A DNA stretch of 49,044 nt, filler included, from Catajapyx aquilonaris (lineage: Eukaryota), in NCBI GenBank assembly GCA_000934665.2. It is 2 parts of 2 records of this genome, joined end to end, with 100 filler letters (N's around TTAATTAATTAA, not from the genome) between each part and the next. Parts side by side here need not be neighbours in the genome. Positions count along the whole stretch, not along the records: positions 23,455 to 49,044 come from JYFJ02005701.1; 1 more part is not named here. One strand, given 5' to 3'. Below are positions 24,413-38,200 of this stretch, piece after piece. A model generated the notes under the pieces. The model was not told the DNA's origin and did not search any database. It was given only the letters and a program-made list of their open reading frames with translations. The position numbers and the translations under genes were made by a program. Numbering within the stretch: position 1 is the first letter of the stretch; each line of letters starts with the position of its first letter.

Positions 24413-27400
24413 GCTTCCCTGGATGAATCACTCCTTGAAGACAACAAAGGCTTTCCACGGAATTCGATGTCAACATCTTCCATGCGACACAGACACAAGT
24501 TGGAGGTAAGACCGTCTCTATAGATCATCAAAGTACTGGTTGTCTGCTGTTGGTTCTTCTGGGTAAATCTGTGTGCAGCTATTCTCAGGCGAGTGCACAT
24601 AGGAGAGATGGGTGGCTCGCCCACCATGTCCATTACTGCTGCGCCACTCCACCCCCCCCCCCTCCCCCATGAATCAAACTACTTACAATTAATATGGTAC
24701 CTTAACAATCATACATTAAGTACCGGTAATCATCCGAGGGTTGTCTGATAATAAATTATTGGCAACACTGTTACCACACGGCACCCCAGGCTGCCAGGAC
24801 TGTATGTGGATAGGTACTTTTAGAATCAGTCCTGGGGAACCCTACGGTGCCATATGCAAAGCAGTCGCAGCAGTATGTGCAGAGCAGTGCCTGTTCAAAG
24901 TGTATCCCTCCACCTGAGCACCCTAAGACAGCCCTGCTTCATCAAGATCCCTGTTTCACGTGGAAAATAGGCAATTTACAGAACCATCAAGGTCTTGTGC
25001 AGACGTGTGGTGACTCTGTCTCCCGTATCGTACCATTGCAAGGGTCGTACAAGCTTGTAAAGAAGGCCCCCTCCCATTCTGCAACATGCCAAAACCCATG
25101 CCAAAGCTGTGACAACTCTGTTGGATATGGACCTGCATGGAATTGGCAATGGAAATTGGAAAGTAGCATCAGTACCATAATTGCAACATCATCTCTGCCC
25201 AGAAATTCACCTTAAGAGGAGGGATTTGTTGCAGAGGGGACCCATTGTCATCCATGACAACTCTCGCTGTCATGTGGCCATTGCTGTTCGGGAATTTTCT
25301 TCATAAATGAGAATAGGAGCTGTTGGAACATCCTCCCTATTTATCTGACATGAGTTCATGTAACTACGGTCAAGTACAAAAATGATGTAAGCATGTAACC
25401 CTTAGATAGCTTTTGTTCCTGTTAAGAGGGAAGCATGGTTTATGGTGGTCTCTGTGTGATGCCTCCACAAACAACACTGCTGACGGCGTGCTAATAAGCT
25501 TTCCATGGATATGGGAAAATGACATAAAAATGGCTGAGGATTACATCTATGGAATGTGAAATGTTCAAGTGTGTACCCACACTGATACAAAAATTACAGC
25601 AGTGTTGGCAATAATTTTCGGATGACCCACGTATGAGGGGCGTTAGGAAAGTCTTTTCACTTTATTTTTTTGCCACAAATACAGGGCTCTTGCAGGTCAG
25701 CAGATAGACACATTATTGATAGAACCCTCCTGGAGCCAAATGCACTGACATCTCAACCTCTCCAGGCCCTCCAGGAACCACTTTTTGGAGGTGCGGCGCA
25801 CCCCCTTCCGGACAACTGCGTACTGTTCAACAATGTCCTCGAAATGGTGTTGGCAAAGGGGTTTTTTCATGGCTCTGCACAGGTGAAAGTCACTGGGAGC
25901 CAGACCAGGGGATTATGGTGGGTGTGGAAGCACCCAAACCCAGATACGCGAAAAAATCTGTTTGCCAATACCATGTAGAGGACGTTGTTGACAGCTGTTT
26001 ACTATGAACAGTTATCTGGAAGCGCATGCGCCACACCTCCAAAACTTGGTTCCTGGAGGGTCTGGAGAGGTTGACATAATATGATGCCAGTGCATTCGGC
26101 TCCAGGAGGGTTCTATCGATAATGTGTGCCTATCTGGTGACCTGCATGGCCCTGTGTTTGTGGAAAAAGAATAGTGTAAAGACTTCCTAGTGCCCCTCAC
26201 TCATGTATTGTGTGAGGGTCTGACCTCCTCAGGTCATCCATCCTGACCCCACAAGGTCGCTCAGGGTCATAGTCCAATAGTACAACAGGTTCGGAGCAAG
26301 CCATTTATTACAACAGCCTGGATCCAGGCTGTCTCACGACTGACTCTTCAAAGTCAAAACTTCTTCCCCCAAGGTCCGCCAAAATGACACACTCCTGCCA
26401 GCTAGTGAGGGGCATCACAATATATTGTAAGCGATGCCGGGTAAAGTAGCGAGTGTGACACCCTGTGGGCTCCTTGGCGTAGTGGGGAACAAGAATGAAT
26501 AAACTGCCACAACATGTGAGCGTTTTCTAAACCAGCCATCATGACACTAAATTCGTGTCCTGACATTTTTGTTTAGTCCAGAAAGCGTTCTGGCCTTTTT
26601 AAAAAGAGCATTTTGGGGTCTGGCCATTTTGAAAACAACCACTCCGCGGAATGGATAATTTGGAAAAGAGCACTCCACTGTCTGTACATTTTAAAAAGAC
26701 CATTCCGTGAAATTGATGGTTTGAAATGGAGCATTCTGCGGTCTGGCTGTTTTTTTCGCCCAATGACCGTTTTTGGGGTTTGAGCCTAACATATCGTAGG
26801 CATACATTGTAAATAATTCCTACATTATTTCAGTACTTTAATGTAAAGCATATTTAAGCAGTCCTGGCCATATAGCCTACAGCCATTTATCTCCATGAAG
26901 TGGAGATTATTAATGTCTCCCAAAACCTGACTTGATTCATGTCAAAAATGTGATTGCAGCTAATCAATGATCACATCTGCTTTTAGCCTGTTGACACCCT
27001 CATGATTGCCACCATCCACACCTCCTCCCACAAGCTCAAGGACAAGTTATCTCAGATGGTCCATAAATTGCAGTAAGTAATCAGACTATCTTGACATCAG
27101 TGTTTCTCAAACTTTGTGACTTTGTGTCACTTACAGAGGGGCAAAATAGTCCATTTGGGCATTTACGCCAAAACAAATTGTCACATTCAGCAGTAAAAAT
27201 TCATTAAAACTTTGAAGTGTTAATCCGTTTGCTGCCCACTATTGTGCCACAGGCTATGGCTTGTGAACCACTAATGTAGAGAAATGATCAGCTCGTAAAC
27301 AAATCATATTTCCCAGCGTGCAGCGTGGGAATTTGCATCCTGAGAATCGAGTGGTGGTTGGTGACACTATTGCTTCATTAGAAAGCATAGACCAGGCCAC

Positions 27401-27656
27401 ATCCTCATCTCCTATGAGGAGTCCTTCCAAAGATCTCTCCAGAACATTGAAGAACATGAAGAAGATTGAACAGGCAATTATGTGTATGTCATGTCGTAAT
27501 AGGTTATGTCACATTTTCAACTCTTGCTTGAAGTTTGTATTTCTCGTTACAGTATTAGATAAGGTCATGTTTGATGAGGAGGAGTGCGATATTCCAACAG
27601 CTGACCAGTTGGGTGAGAGAGCATGGAAGGAGCTACATGGTGGGAACTACTACTGA
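24413..27656 (+). CDS. 3' exons of a CEP170-like protein (C-terminal domain), 5' part not found
   Basis: Exons 24413-24505, 26987-27072, 27317-27483, 27553-27656 splice in phase (450 nt): ASLDESLL...PVDTLMIATIHTSSHKLKDKLSQMVHKL...SPMRSPSKDLSRTLKNMKKIEQAIMLLDKVMF...GGNYY*. The pattern matches the remembered CEP170 C-terminus (D.LM.....S.K....I.....KI / P..KT.S.E.S..L...KRVE.Q...I). Confidence 0.65.
24735..25631 (+). mobile_element. Degenerate mariner deletion derivative
   Basis: TIRs cgagggttgtctga..aattattggcaacactg / cagtgttggcaataattttcggatgacccacg followed by TA; decayed transposase motifs IVIHDNSRCH and ELLEHPPYLSDMSSCNY near 25240-25365. Confidence 0.75.
25634..26199 (-). mobile_element. 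Mariner-derived foldback MITE with about 185-bp inverted arms
   Basis: 25634-25818 is the reverse complement of about 26009-26199; the centre carries minus-strand VLPHPP*SPGLAPSDFHL; shares the TA at 25632-25633 with the previous element. Confidence 0.8.
26575..26760. repeat. Degenerate tandem repeat, alternating units of about 30 bp
   Basis: Units gagcaYtYY..gtctg.Ncatttt.aaaa alternate with acca.tccg.g.aat.gat..tttg.aa. Confidence 0.45.
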
Positions 27657-30600
27657 TTCTTCAAAAATTAATTTTCCCTTCATCATTCTGTCGACTTCAT
27701 GATGTGACTCTAAACCTAGTTCAAAATCAGGGGGAGCTAGGTCTTAATGTTTTCTGGGTACTCCCAGTTCAGGGCATTGTGGCTCGGCCCAACAGCTGGA
27801 TGCCCTCACAACAGGGTGCTGCCATGGCGAGACAAGACTCTATACGCTGGGAGGGTCAACATATTTCTTGTGAGGCAGTTTGACCCCTTACTCACATGTG
27901 CAGAGTATTTATGGGATGCGTGCACCAGTTGTATTGACTGGCTGCAACTGATATGGTTCAAATGAAGGAGTTCTAAATTTACATCTATCAACTACCGGTA
28001 CTCATTCTTCTTACTATAGGCAACTGAGCTGTGGTTTTGAATCGCAGTTTCAGGTCTATGTAGCTGAATGGCTCTGTCGGTATGACTTATGTACTTCGAG
28101 AATATTATTCCTGTTGTGTCCACAGGTATGCTACAGTCATGAGTCATGCGTAGCCAGCCATCTATGACCACATGCAATCTGATAATTGCAAGTGGTATCT
28201 TGCTGTCAATGGCAATGGCTAGGTATGATCAGACATGACTTAATGCTGATTGCTATTCCACAAACGAATCTCACCTTTACTGTGTCTCTGTTTCCCTGTC
28301 CCGTATTGCATGATTGTGTTCAGCCTGAATTGCTCCAAGTGACTATGTTACCAGTTCACTGCGTGGTCATTGGCGAAATGTAAATTCTATGTGCAATGTA
28401 ATAGCAATGTGATACATCTGTGATTATTGCTGACTTTGTTGTTACATATTGAAGTCAGTAGTGTGGGTTCTGCAAGAGTATCCTTCGGACCCAAAGCATG
28501 CCACTGACTGTTTGCCCCAGAACTGTACTGCCTATTGGAATATTGAAATCTGTACGAGAGTTTTTGTTCAATTTTTTAAACACTAGGGATGAGTTTTTCA
28601 TCCTACTGCTAAGTCTCTGCTAGCCAGGATTATCCCATTAGCTTTCTCATGGGTTGCCATAGATACTACAGTAGTTGTTGGCATTGGTGCTGCTAACTAG
28701 CAGTAGGATGAAACACTGATTTTAGAAAGTACAGTTGCACTCTTTGCTATTTATGGATGGATTGGTAGTAGGCATGTTAATCCTACTACTGATCAGTTTT
28801 GCACAACCAAAAAATTGAAGTGGTTATAATGACAGCAAAACTGCCAGATAGTTTTTGATCAAATCAAATATAGAATTTTAAAATTCCTTTGATAATATAT
28901 AGATATTGAAATACCCCATATTTGACACCAAACAACATAAATTTTCATTTTTCTTCTACCCCATCCTAACCTCCCCTCCAAAAAGAAATGTCACATTTTC
29001 CAGTGAAACTTTTTACCTCATCTTTTATACCAGCATAGAGTGTCAGCTTTGCAATACTGCTGAAAGGGGAAAGTGTTGTAGATGAGCTTTTGAAATGTTG
29101 CTGGGCTCAATTTATTGTACATTGTAAACATCACTTATCTATGTAATGATTTCACAATCCATATTGAAGGTACGTAATTCAACCTGGCTGGAGTTACCAT
29201 AGCATGAAGGGGTATTTCACTGACTTCTGTTGTACTTGTACTCTGACTTTACAACATTACAGTAATTTTACTTCAAAACTGAATCCTTGTACCGGCAAAC
29301 CTTGAAATATTGTCACCTGTGTTTTGTATTGTGATGTATATTTAATGGTAGTAACACCTGTCTCTGTACCTACAGATGTGTCTGGCTGTTCACCATTTAA
29401 TTTCATGTATCCTGCTTTCTGCTCTGTACCAGATTTGGATGACAGGAGTGATCATTAAAGTGTATGTGAATATGGTGTTCTGATATATATTTTTACTTTT
29501 CATTACAATTGAAGAGTTTATTTCCAAAAGACTCAAGTCCATAATTTCATCACTTGCTAACTTTGTATGGCACCTGCATTTTGTGCAACTGTTGTTAAAG
29601 AGAAGTTTCTGTAACAGAAAACATTTGCAGATGCACGGCAAAATGATTATTGTGAGGGACATACGTGTTCCAACTGAAATGTCACTGAAGTGGTTAGAAA
29701 TTTTGTGGCATTAAGTTGCTTATTGAAGTTAAACACTTACTTCTGGCGGTCATATTATCTGTTGGTACGCATTCATTCTAATCACGATATGCCATTAATT
29801 TCTGAGCTGTACATGTTTCAGGAAGCCTTTCTGACCCAATGGGAAATGGTTGAGGTCAATGGCTGGACCCAGTAGACATCCCTGCATTAGTTGAAAAGGA
29901 TGCACCCATTCAGCCTAATGTTAGCACCTTAAAAAACATGCAACTTACTGTGAAATAAAGTTGCTAACCGCTATGGACAATTCAGTTGGAACAACTCTAA
30001 GATGTAATGAAAACTGCAGCCTTTTGGAAATAAGCTTATCAAAATTGCATTATTACCTGCACATCATCTAAAACCTCGTCTCCATTGCCCATTTGTGGTG
30101 CAACTTTGTGCCACACAAAAAGTCCGTTCAGAAAATAGTAGCTGTCCTTACTACAGTCTCCTGCAGCAGGCATTGGTCAAAAATAAATGTGTGGCCAAAG
30201 TGTACAGCACTACGTGCCGACTTTCTTCAATTTTTAAATCTACCAGCTGCAAGTACAGTGACCACGAGAAGAGTGCAGGATAGTGGGAGTTGGTGTGGTG
30301 GGGGTGGGTGTATCATGAGCATTTCGTACGCTGGTGGAACAAAGAGGTGCCTCCACAGCCTATCCATGTAGACTCCCATGCACAAGCCCTCCCAACTCCC
30401 CTTGTCTCCATCCAAATGGAGGGAACAGAACAAGAAACTTGCTGTCTCCACTAGAGCAGTAGAGACAGCAAGGTTCATGTACTTGTGACACAAAATCAGC
30501 AGTGGAAATGTCCTACAAGACAGGACATTTTTAAATTGTACTATTATGTGCAGTGCAACATATTGGCACACTTCAGAATGAGGTAGGCAACTGGGAGAGG

Positions 30601-30857
30601 GAAGAAAAATCTTGGAATTTATTTGTTTGGAGAAATCATGATAAGATTTGAATTACTTGCTTTTCTATGTTGCACTAAGTGAGAAGGACAGCAGACAAGT
30701 TCGCAGAACAGGACAGAAAAAGGAGGACAAAAGAGGCATAAATAAGTCGGGGAACCTTGGCTATATGGATTGGCTGGACACAATAAAGGGAAAACAATTC
30801 AAGCAAACTTTGGATCAGCCCCCAGTCACTCCCTATACCAGTACATTGCAACCCCCA

Positions 30858-30992
30858 TGAGCTTAGCTGATCTCCCCCACGGAGGTGGGTTGGCCACGTT
30901 CAGTGCTAGAGTCGAGTGCCAGTACAGGTGGCACTTGACTCGAGCACTGAACGTGGCCAACCCACCTCCGTGGGGGAGATCAACTAAGCTCA
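30858..30992. repeat. 135-bp near-perfect hairpin (64-bp arms, 7-nt loop, 3 mismatches)
   Basis: tgagcttagctgatctcccccacggaggtgggttggccacgttcagtgct...gtgcca-gtacagg-tggcac...gatcaactaagctca. Confidence 0.9.
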
Positions 30993-32283
30993 CGCGAAAA
31001 GAGAGAGAGTGACTAGTGGCTGCTTTGGATCTACTTTAAAACTATTCCCAATACAAGTAGTTCTAAAACTTGTCTACACTGATGAGCCAAACATTGTCAG
31101 GCACTTTGTCAGTTATGAATTATTATTTTTATTATAGTTTTAAGTAGAACACCCTGTAGATGGAAAATGAAAGATCACAATGCAAAAGGAAAGATGCAAG
31201 CACAAACTTCATCATGAGAAATGGGCTCTGGTATTGCGAGAAAGCAGGACTGATTCAGAATATGCTATCATTGTATGTATTTGTGTAAGAAGCTCTACTT
31301 ACATGGCTTGTTGTCATTGCTCACATGGCATCATTCCCTGCCATTTCATCAGCATCACTGGGGTGTCTATTTAATTTTACAAGAAATCTTATACGCCAAG
31401 TTCCTAAAGAGATGCCCTAACATGCAATTATCAGATTGCATAACCTATTCAACATAATTTTTTGCTTTTTGCGGTGTAATCAGAAGGCTGAAATCGGAGG
31501 TGATGACTCTCACCAAAGTCGTCAACAAAAGGGCCTCACCCTTCACCAAGCTACTCCTAAGTATTGAGAAGTTGAAACTGGCTCTGGAGGAGCCCAAGAC
31601 TGAGGTACTAGTTCATCAAGATTATAAAATTGCCACACATGTAAACAATCCAGACAAAAAATTACTGTCATTCACTCCACTCTTATTTTACATGATGGTA
31701 TCTCCATGGAAACTTGAAAAGTGCAAGGTTCCAGAAGTGCATTTATCAGATGTCCATTGACTATAAAATAAAAATACGCAATATTTACTGTTGTCTATAC
31801 TATTTTATTTCCCTTTATATCTAAATACATTGTGAAAATTTTCTGAGGCAGACTCAACATTTCATTCCACCATACTCTTCCCCTCCTTTTTACTAACTAA
31901 GTTTCTTCTTCCGAAGACAAACCAGTTAAGAAAGCTACAAATCTTCAAATGAAAAATAATAACTGTATTGTTTATAAAACACAGCCTCGTATTTCCCAGG
32001 GCTGCTTAGAAAAACAAAACTGCAACAATAACCTTTGAATTTCTGGGATGGCAACTGAGAACTGACCTCAAAACAATGCTTAAACGTATTCCAAGTACAA
32101 ATAAAGTAACCTTTAGAGGGGATCAACTAAATAAAAGAACAGCTAACTAATTCTCTAACAAAGAGCAATTCAAACTTTTCTGTGTGCACACTCTTTAAAT
32201 GACTCCAAAATTCAGCTAATGAATGCCACGTTATTAAAAACACATTGTGGCTGCAGCCGTGAGTCATGAGGAGCAACCTTCAC

Positions 32284-35200
32284 TTAATTTCCAAACTGCT
32301 GGGCTTTGTAAAACTGCAGCATGTTCTCTCGATGAGAAGCACTCAGGTCGGGAATGCTCTGGTGCATTGAGAGAGACAACTGCATCCACCTGGAATATGG
32401 ATAGCATTCACCATGGAATCAATCTTAGAAAGAAGGTAGCTAATTAAGTGGGAAAGAGATAGGGAATTGACTCCCATATTAGGTAAACATTTAGTAATGC
32501 AATCAATGAATACTTTTTGCTTTTATAATAGCCTACTTATCTTTGATAATATCGTGAAAACTGAGAAGATTAACTGAAACACTAATAAATCTTTAGCATG
32601 ATGTACTCAGCCTTACAATGCCACTGGGAAAGGAAAGGAAAATTAATATCAACCCGGAGGAGAACTGTAGCTTATGCTATTTAGGTAACAAAGGGAACTG
32701 GTTTCACTTATGGTGGGAATGCAAATTGTTCGAAGGAGGGAGAGGGAGAGTGAGGGAGGAGTTCGCTGAATTTGATAGGGACAACTTATGGAGGGCATTG
32801 ATGAATCCCTCAGATGTACAACTTCAGGTCCTTTTTTATTATTTTTCCTATATTGCGGATTGGTTGTATAATTGTTAAAAGAATAGAATAGAGTAACTGT
32901 GAGAATGTACTTTTAGAAATAATACTGGTGACAATGTATCCAAAATTGTGTGAAAAATTGTATGGTGATGTAAAGAAGTCTGAGATGTCCCTCTCTGTCT
33001 TTGGAGACAGGGAGGAATAAATAAATAATAATAATAAAATAATAAAATTACTCAGTCTTACAAGGGAACCATACAAGGTGCTATGAAGTTCATGTTCAAA
33101 TTATTTTTTCGGGGTCCTCATCTGCTAGCAATAAAACACCAAGGAAAACATCTTTCCAGAAAAACCCTCCATCTCAAGGGTTTTCTAGATGTGGGGCACA
33201 AAGTTCAAAAATTGAATACTTAAGAAAGGCCCTGTGGAAGCTATTATACAAGGGTTGTTTCTTAAGTCATTGCGCATATTTTTTTTATTTAAAATCGGTA
33301 ACACATTCAGAGATGACCTTTACTGAATTTGGAAGATCTGGTGATTACAATTTGATCTGGCATATAGATGTCGCCCATATCGCACGGGAGGCAGGAAACC
33401 AGGCAATCATGACCTCCCCAGCACACCATCGCCCTAGGATGGCCCGAGCCTGACGCGCTTGGAGCTGTTGGACGCTGCATGCGGGACACTTGGAGATGGA
33501 CAACACGGGAGCTTGATTTCGAGTGTGGGACAAGTCAGAGCACTATGACTGGAGCCATGTGCCATCCATCGCCACAAACCATTTGAAAAAACCATCGCCT
33601 TCACTGCGATAGAGTTCCAAGTGAAGAAGGCAAAATGGTTGGCTCTTTTGCACCTCAAAGAGATGGTGAGGAACCAGTGAGTATGCCAACTTCCTGAGAC
33701 CTTTCAGTCTTTCAGAGTCCTAAGCATAGTGCTCTGACTTGTCCCACACTCTTGAGCAAGCTCCATTGTTGTCCAGCATGCAGCGTCCAACAACTACAAG
33801 CGCGTCAGGCTCGGGCTGTCTTAGGGCAATGGTGCGGTGGAGGGTCACGATCCCCTTTTGTTTCCAGGCCCCCCTCGCGATATGGATGACATCTCTATGC
33901 CAGGTCAAATTGTAATTGCCGGAGCTTCAAAACTCAGCAAAGGTCATCTCTGCATGTGTTACCGTCTTCGAATAAAAAAATTTGTGCAAGGACTTATGAA
34001 ACAACTCTCGTACGTAAGTGCTACCAGCGAGTTTTTTGGTACACAGAAGTTCTTGGGATGGGGAATACATTGGTAATGCCAAAAATGGTGAATTATGCAA
34101 GTTAAGGGTACTTCTCAGGGAAGGAGATAAGAGAGAGGGGTCAAAAATGAGATAAACACATTCTTTTCAAGCACTATAAGCAAGAGAAGTTTTTAGACAG
34201 TGACTTGGAGATGCAATTTCATTGACTATAATTTATCTAGTATTAATTAATTAATCATTATTTATTTATTTGACACCCATTATAAGGCATGGGGTATTGG
34301 TGGGGGTACTGACATACAGTTACAAGTACAACTTACAAAAACTCCTCTTTTTAGATAACTTACATTCTCAGTAAAAGAATAGTCTGAAATCATAGTATTT
34401 CACTATTTACATGTATTAACTATCATGTAAATAGGGAATTTATAGAAGTTCCATCAGTACAAAAAATAGGCCACAGTGAGGTTCTGCTGGAAGAATGGCA
34501 TATTAAATTAGCACGGGGCACTGTGGCCCCAGCAATGTACTGTATAATTTCTCTTGTACATGATAGTTAATAAAATTCACAATTTTAGGTATCAAATATA
34601 ATATTTAAAAATATTAGTAAAAATTATTCCTAATATTTAAAAATATATTTATATAATATATATTTTATTATAGACCACCCTCTCATCCCCTTCCCTGAGA
34701 ACTGAGTTGCATAGTTCCCAATTCTCAGCTTTATCAATTGTATTCCCCATCCCAAGGAACGCATATGTACAAAAAATTCAAATTTGGACCCCTGCATCTC
34801 AAAAATGCTTGAGATTGAGGGTTTTTCCAAAAATGTATAATTTCTTTCGAACAGATACAGAACCTGAAAAACATACTATAAACACGAACTTAAGATTGTA
34901 GCACCTCGCAAAGTTAGAGTGATATTGACATCACAGGCCTTTAACTGCTAGTTATGTCATTGATAGTTTTGGATCAGTACTGACCATTGTGATGTCCATG
35001 CTGTTCTATATAAGTGATAATGATAACTTCAAAATGATTAGCTTTTGCTATGTGTAGCTTGATTCCTTGATATGGATTATGGGCTACCATGATTTGCACT
35101 TACTTTTGGGCTCTATCACGTACACACTGATGCAGCCTTGTGACGCCCACGTTCCAGCTTCGAGTCATAATCCACTGGGCCTGTAAAAGAGAGCAACATT

Positions 35201-38200
35201 AACAAATTACTGAAACTCGAGAAAAGTACTTTCATAACACAAAAAGCTGATTCCTCATGATTTGAAAGTAAAAGAAACTTAAAAGATGCTCATGTAGCAA
35301 TATATCTTGGGGCAATATTGGCTAAATACTGGCATACATATTGAGCAATATTGGGGTAATATTGAAACTGCAACTTTCCTCTATTGACATCCCAGGTAGC
35401 AAGCCTTTGTGAGCCCCATATTGGACCCACATGGGTTTGCTAACTGGGGATGGGGAAGTGGCTTCTTCGCATGGTTGGTTGGTTGGTTGGTTTTTTTCCC
35501 CCCAGCTGTATGGCTCTTCTTGTTGAGCCTTCGCAGAAAAAGCCACCTTTCCATACCGCCACCGCGGATTGTCCTGCTCGCACCAAACAGTATTGCCATC
35601 GCGAACGACTCTAGCAAATTAATGTCACAATGAAGTACCTTGGGGGTAAATGAGCCGCATGCAGTGGAGTTTCCTGCCACCTTTGCACACATATAATGGC
35701 CAAAATTAATTCGCATTGTTGTGGGATAAATCGGAGAAGACTTGTAATGATACACCGACAACACCGCCATCTGGACACGGGAAGCTGCCCCACATACACC
35801 CACATTGCCCATATTGCACCCAATATTGCCAATGTGGCGCCGATATATCCACTATATTGGCTAAATAGTGGCAATATTGCCAATGTGGTGCCGATAAAGC
35901 CAATATTTAGCCAATACTGGCCCAATATAACTTTCTACCTGGATATGGAGTTATTGCCTAAGTAGGGAGGCAACGAGTGGCCAGACACATTTGCTTGTGG
36001 ATTTTACACAAAGTACAAAAAGCGCCTATGTTGTTGGAATTGACATTTATACTTTTTGCTCATGTCAGTGTATGTCCATATTATATGCCAGGCAAGTGTG
36101 CAAACCATGCTCCAGAAATAAAAGCCATGCAAATCTAGGTGGTGCATTAGTAAGACCCATCATTTTAGCCCAGAAATATTTTGCAGGCATCCAGTAAGCA
36201 AATACCTGCCATGCAGTTATGTGTACCAGTATCTACAATGCTGAACTTGTTAGTACAGTTTGTGATGATTCACCCAACATGTATCTTAAGGCATCAAATA
36301 TGTCAACAATAAGGTGCCCTTTAATTTCAAACGCTTTACATAGCACATAGTAGGGCTTATACATTTTCATCTGCACAATCATTCTGAATCCAAAGAAACA
36401 CTTGTGAAAACATGTCACTGTGAGATGGGGAGTGGATTTATGCCACACTGTAAATATACAGTATTATCTTCAAGACTGCAACTTGGTTATTCTTGATCAC
36501 TGCAATCAGAAAGCCAAATGCACCTGTTATCATATCTCTGTTACTCAGTCAGTTCCAATGAGTTCACTATCTATGTACGAATCTATGTACATGAATTTTG
36601 TTGTTGCTTCAGTTATAATGCAGTAACGTAGAGGTCTTGCTATAACAGTCACACTTCAGCATAGACACCTTATTTTGGTTTTCCATTGAACTCACTGGAG
36701 CTTTCTAACATAAATCCATTTCATTACTTTAGGCTACAACAATGCATATGTGAACAGCATTATTGATTTTCAGCAAATTCAGTAAAAATTGTTACTGGCT
36801 CTCAGGTTAACCTGGGTATTTTCCATGTTCATATATGAACATGGAAAATACCCAGGTTAACCTAATAACATTATAATGTTATTAGGTCTATGCAAAAGTT
36901 CATGCGGGTGACTTTGCATGGTCAATAATTTAGCACTTTGATATCCGCATGTTTTGTGGTGGTGGTGTTACTCAACAAACAGGTGAAAGGCGTCCAGTGA
37001 TGGTTATTTATTTAGTTTTGCTCTATCAGTCACTGTTTGACCTCATTTCGAGATGAACCCTGACAAGACCCATCGCCACTGTTTTAATCAGGGAAAAACT
37101 GCAGCAGAAGCCAAATGGCTTTTGTGCGAGACATACGGTGAGGACATAGTGTCAAAACACATTTGTGAAGAGTGGTTCAAGCGCTTTCGCCATGGTGATT
37201 TTGATGTCACCGATTGGCACAGGTCTGGGTGCCCCTAGGCATCAGTTGATTAAGATCCCAGGAGGGCATCATCTACCATGAGCTGTTGCAACAAGGTGAA
37301 ATTATCATTGCAGACCAATGCAGTGCACAACTAAAGAAACAGGCCAAAGTCCTGCAGCAGATGTGCAAAAAATATGGCCCAAACCAAGGGCAAGTCATCC
37401 ATCAGCACAACAACCCATGGCCTCATATGGCGAAAGAGACAAAAATGACGTTGGTGGAGCTAGGATGGGAAGTGCTACCACACCCTGCGTACTCGCCAGA
37501 CATTGCCCCACCCCCTCTGGACATAGTATGACAGGCCACGACCAGTTGGCACATAGGCTCCCTCTCTGCACACTACTGTCACTCTCAGGGGGCGAGTCGT
37601 ACTACTGTACATATACACGTAGGTGATGAGTCACCGCATGGACTAAGTCCACCAGAGTGCTATAGCCATCTCTCGCCTCTGTTGAAGTGTCTCTCAACCT
37701 CTCTGACCGCTATAGAGAGTGAACCTGGAGTGTCCTGGTCATTATATTAAACAGGGAAAGTGATAACTAAGGTAACTACATGCACCTAGGTGATGAGTCA
37801 ATGAGTTCTGGGGCAGAGACACTACTAGCAAATATTCTGAATATGATGTTAATAATTGAATGGGTTAGTGCCATAACGTGCTAAAAACCTTCATTCCGAG
37901 ATATGGGCTTTCAAAAGTTTGGCGTAATATGGCAAATCATACAAAACAAGGAAACTGATTCGTGATTTTCTCGTGATCTATGGGGAATTTTGCTAACTAA
38001 GTGATGCCCACTTGTGAAGCACAATGGTGGGACATTCAGACACGTGCAAGCTCAAAAAACACAAAAGTGTGGCTTAGCACATTATGGCACTAACCCCTAT
38101 TTACATTTGTAGTAATTGAAAAATGCATGTGACTTGCCTCTAGAAGTGTAAAATCATTTCCTTCTTCAATGTAGGAAGCAGCCCTCTTGAACGCCTTGAA

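Noticed and set aside
26209..26419. Solo LTR candidate (TG...CA), and a similar one at about 37520-37752
   Set aside because: No exact TSD and no second copy in the window.
34780..34863. Alternative TEX11 last exon (KFCICSKEII...)
   Set aside because: The 32389-32284 exon fits the TEX11 C-terminus better.
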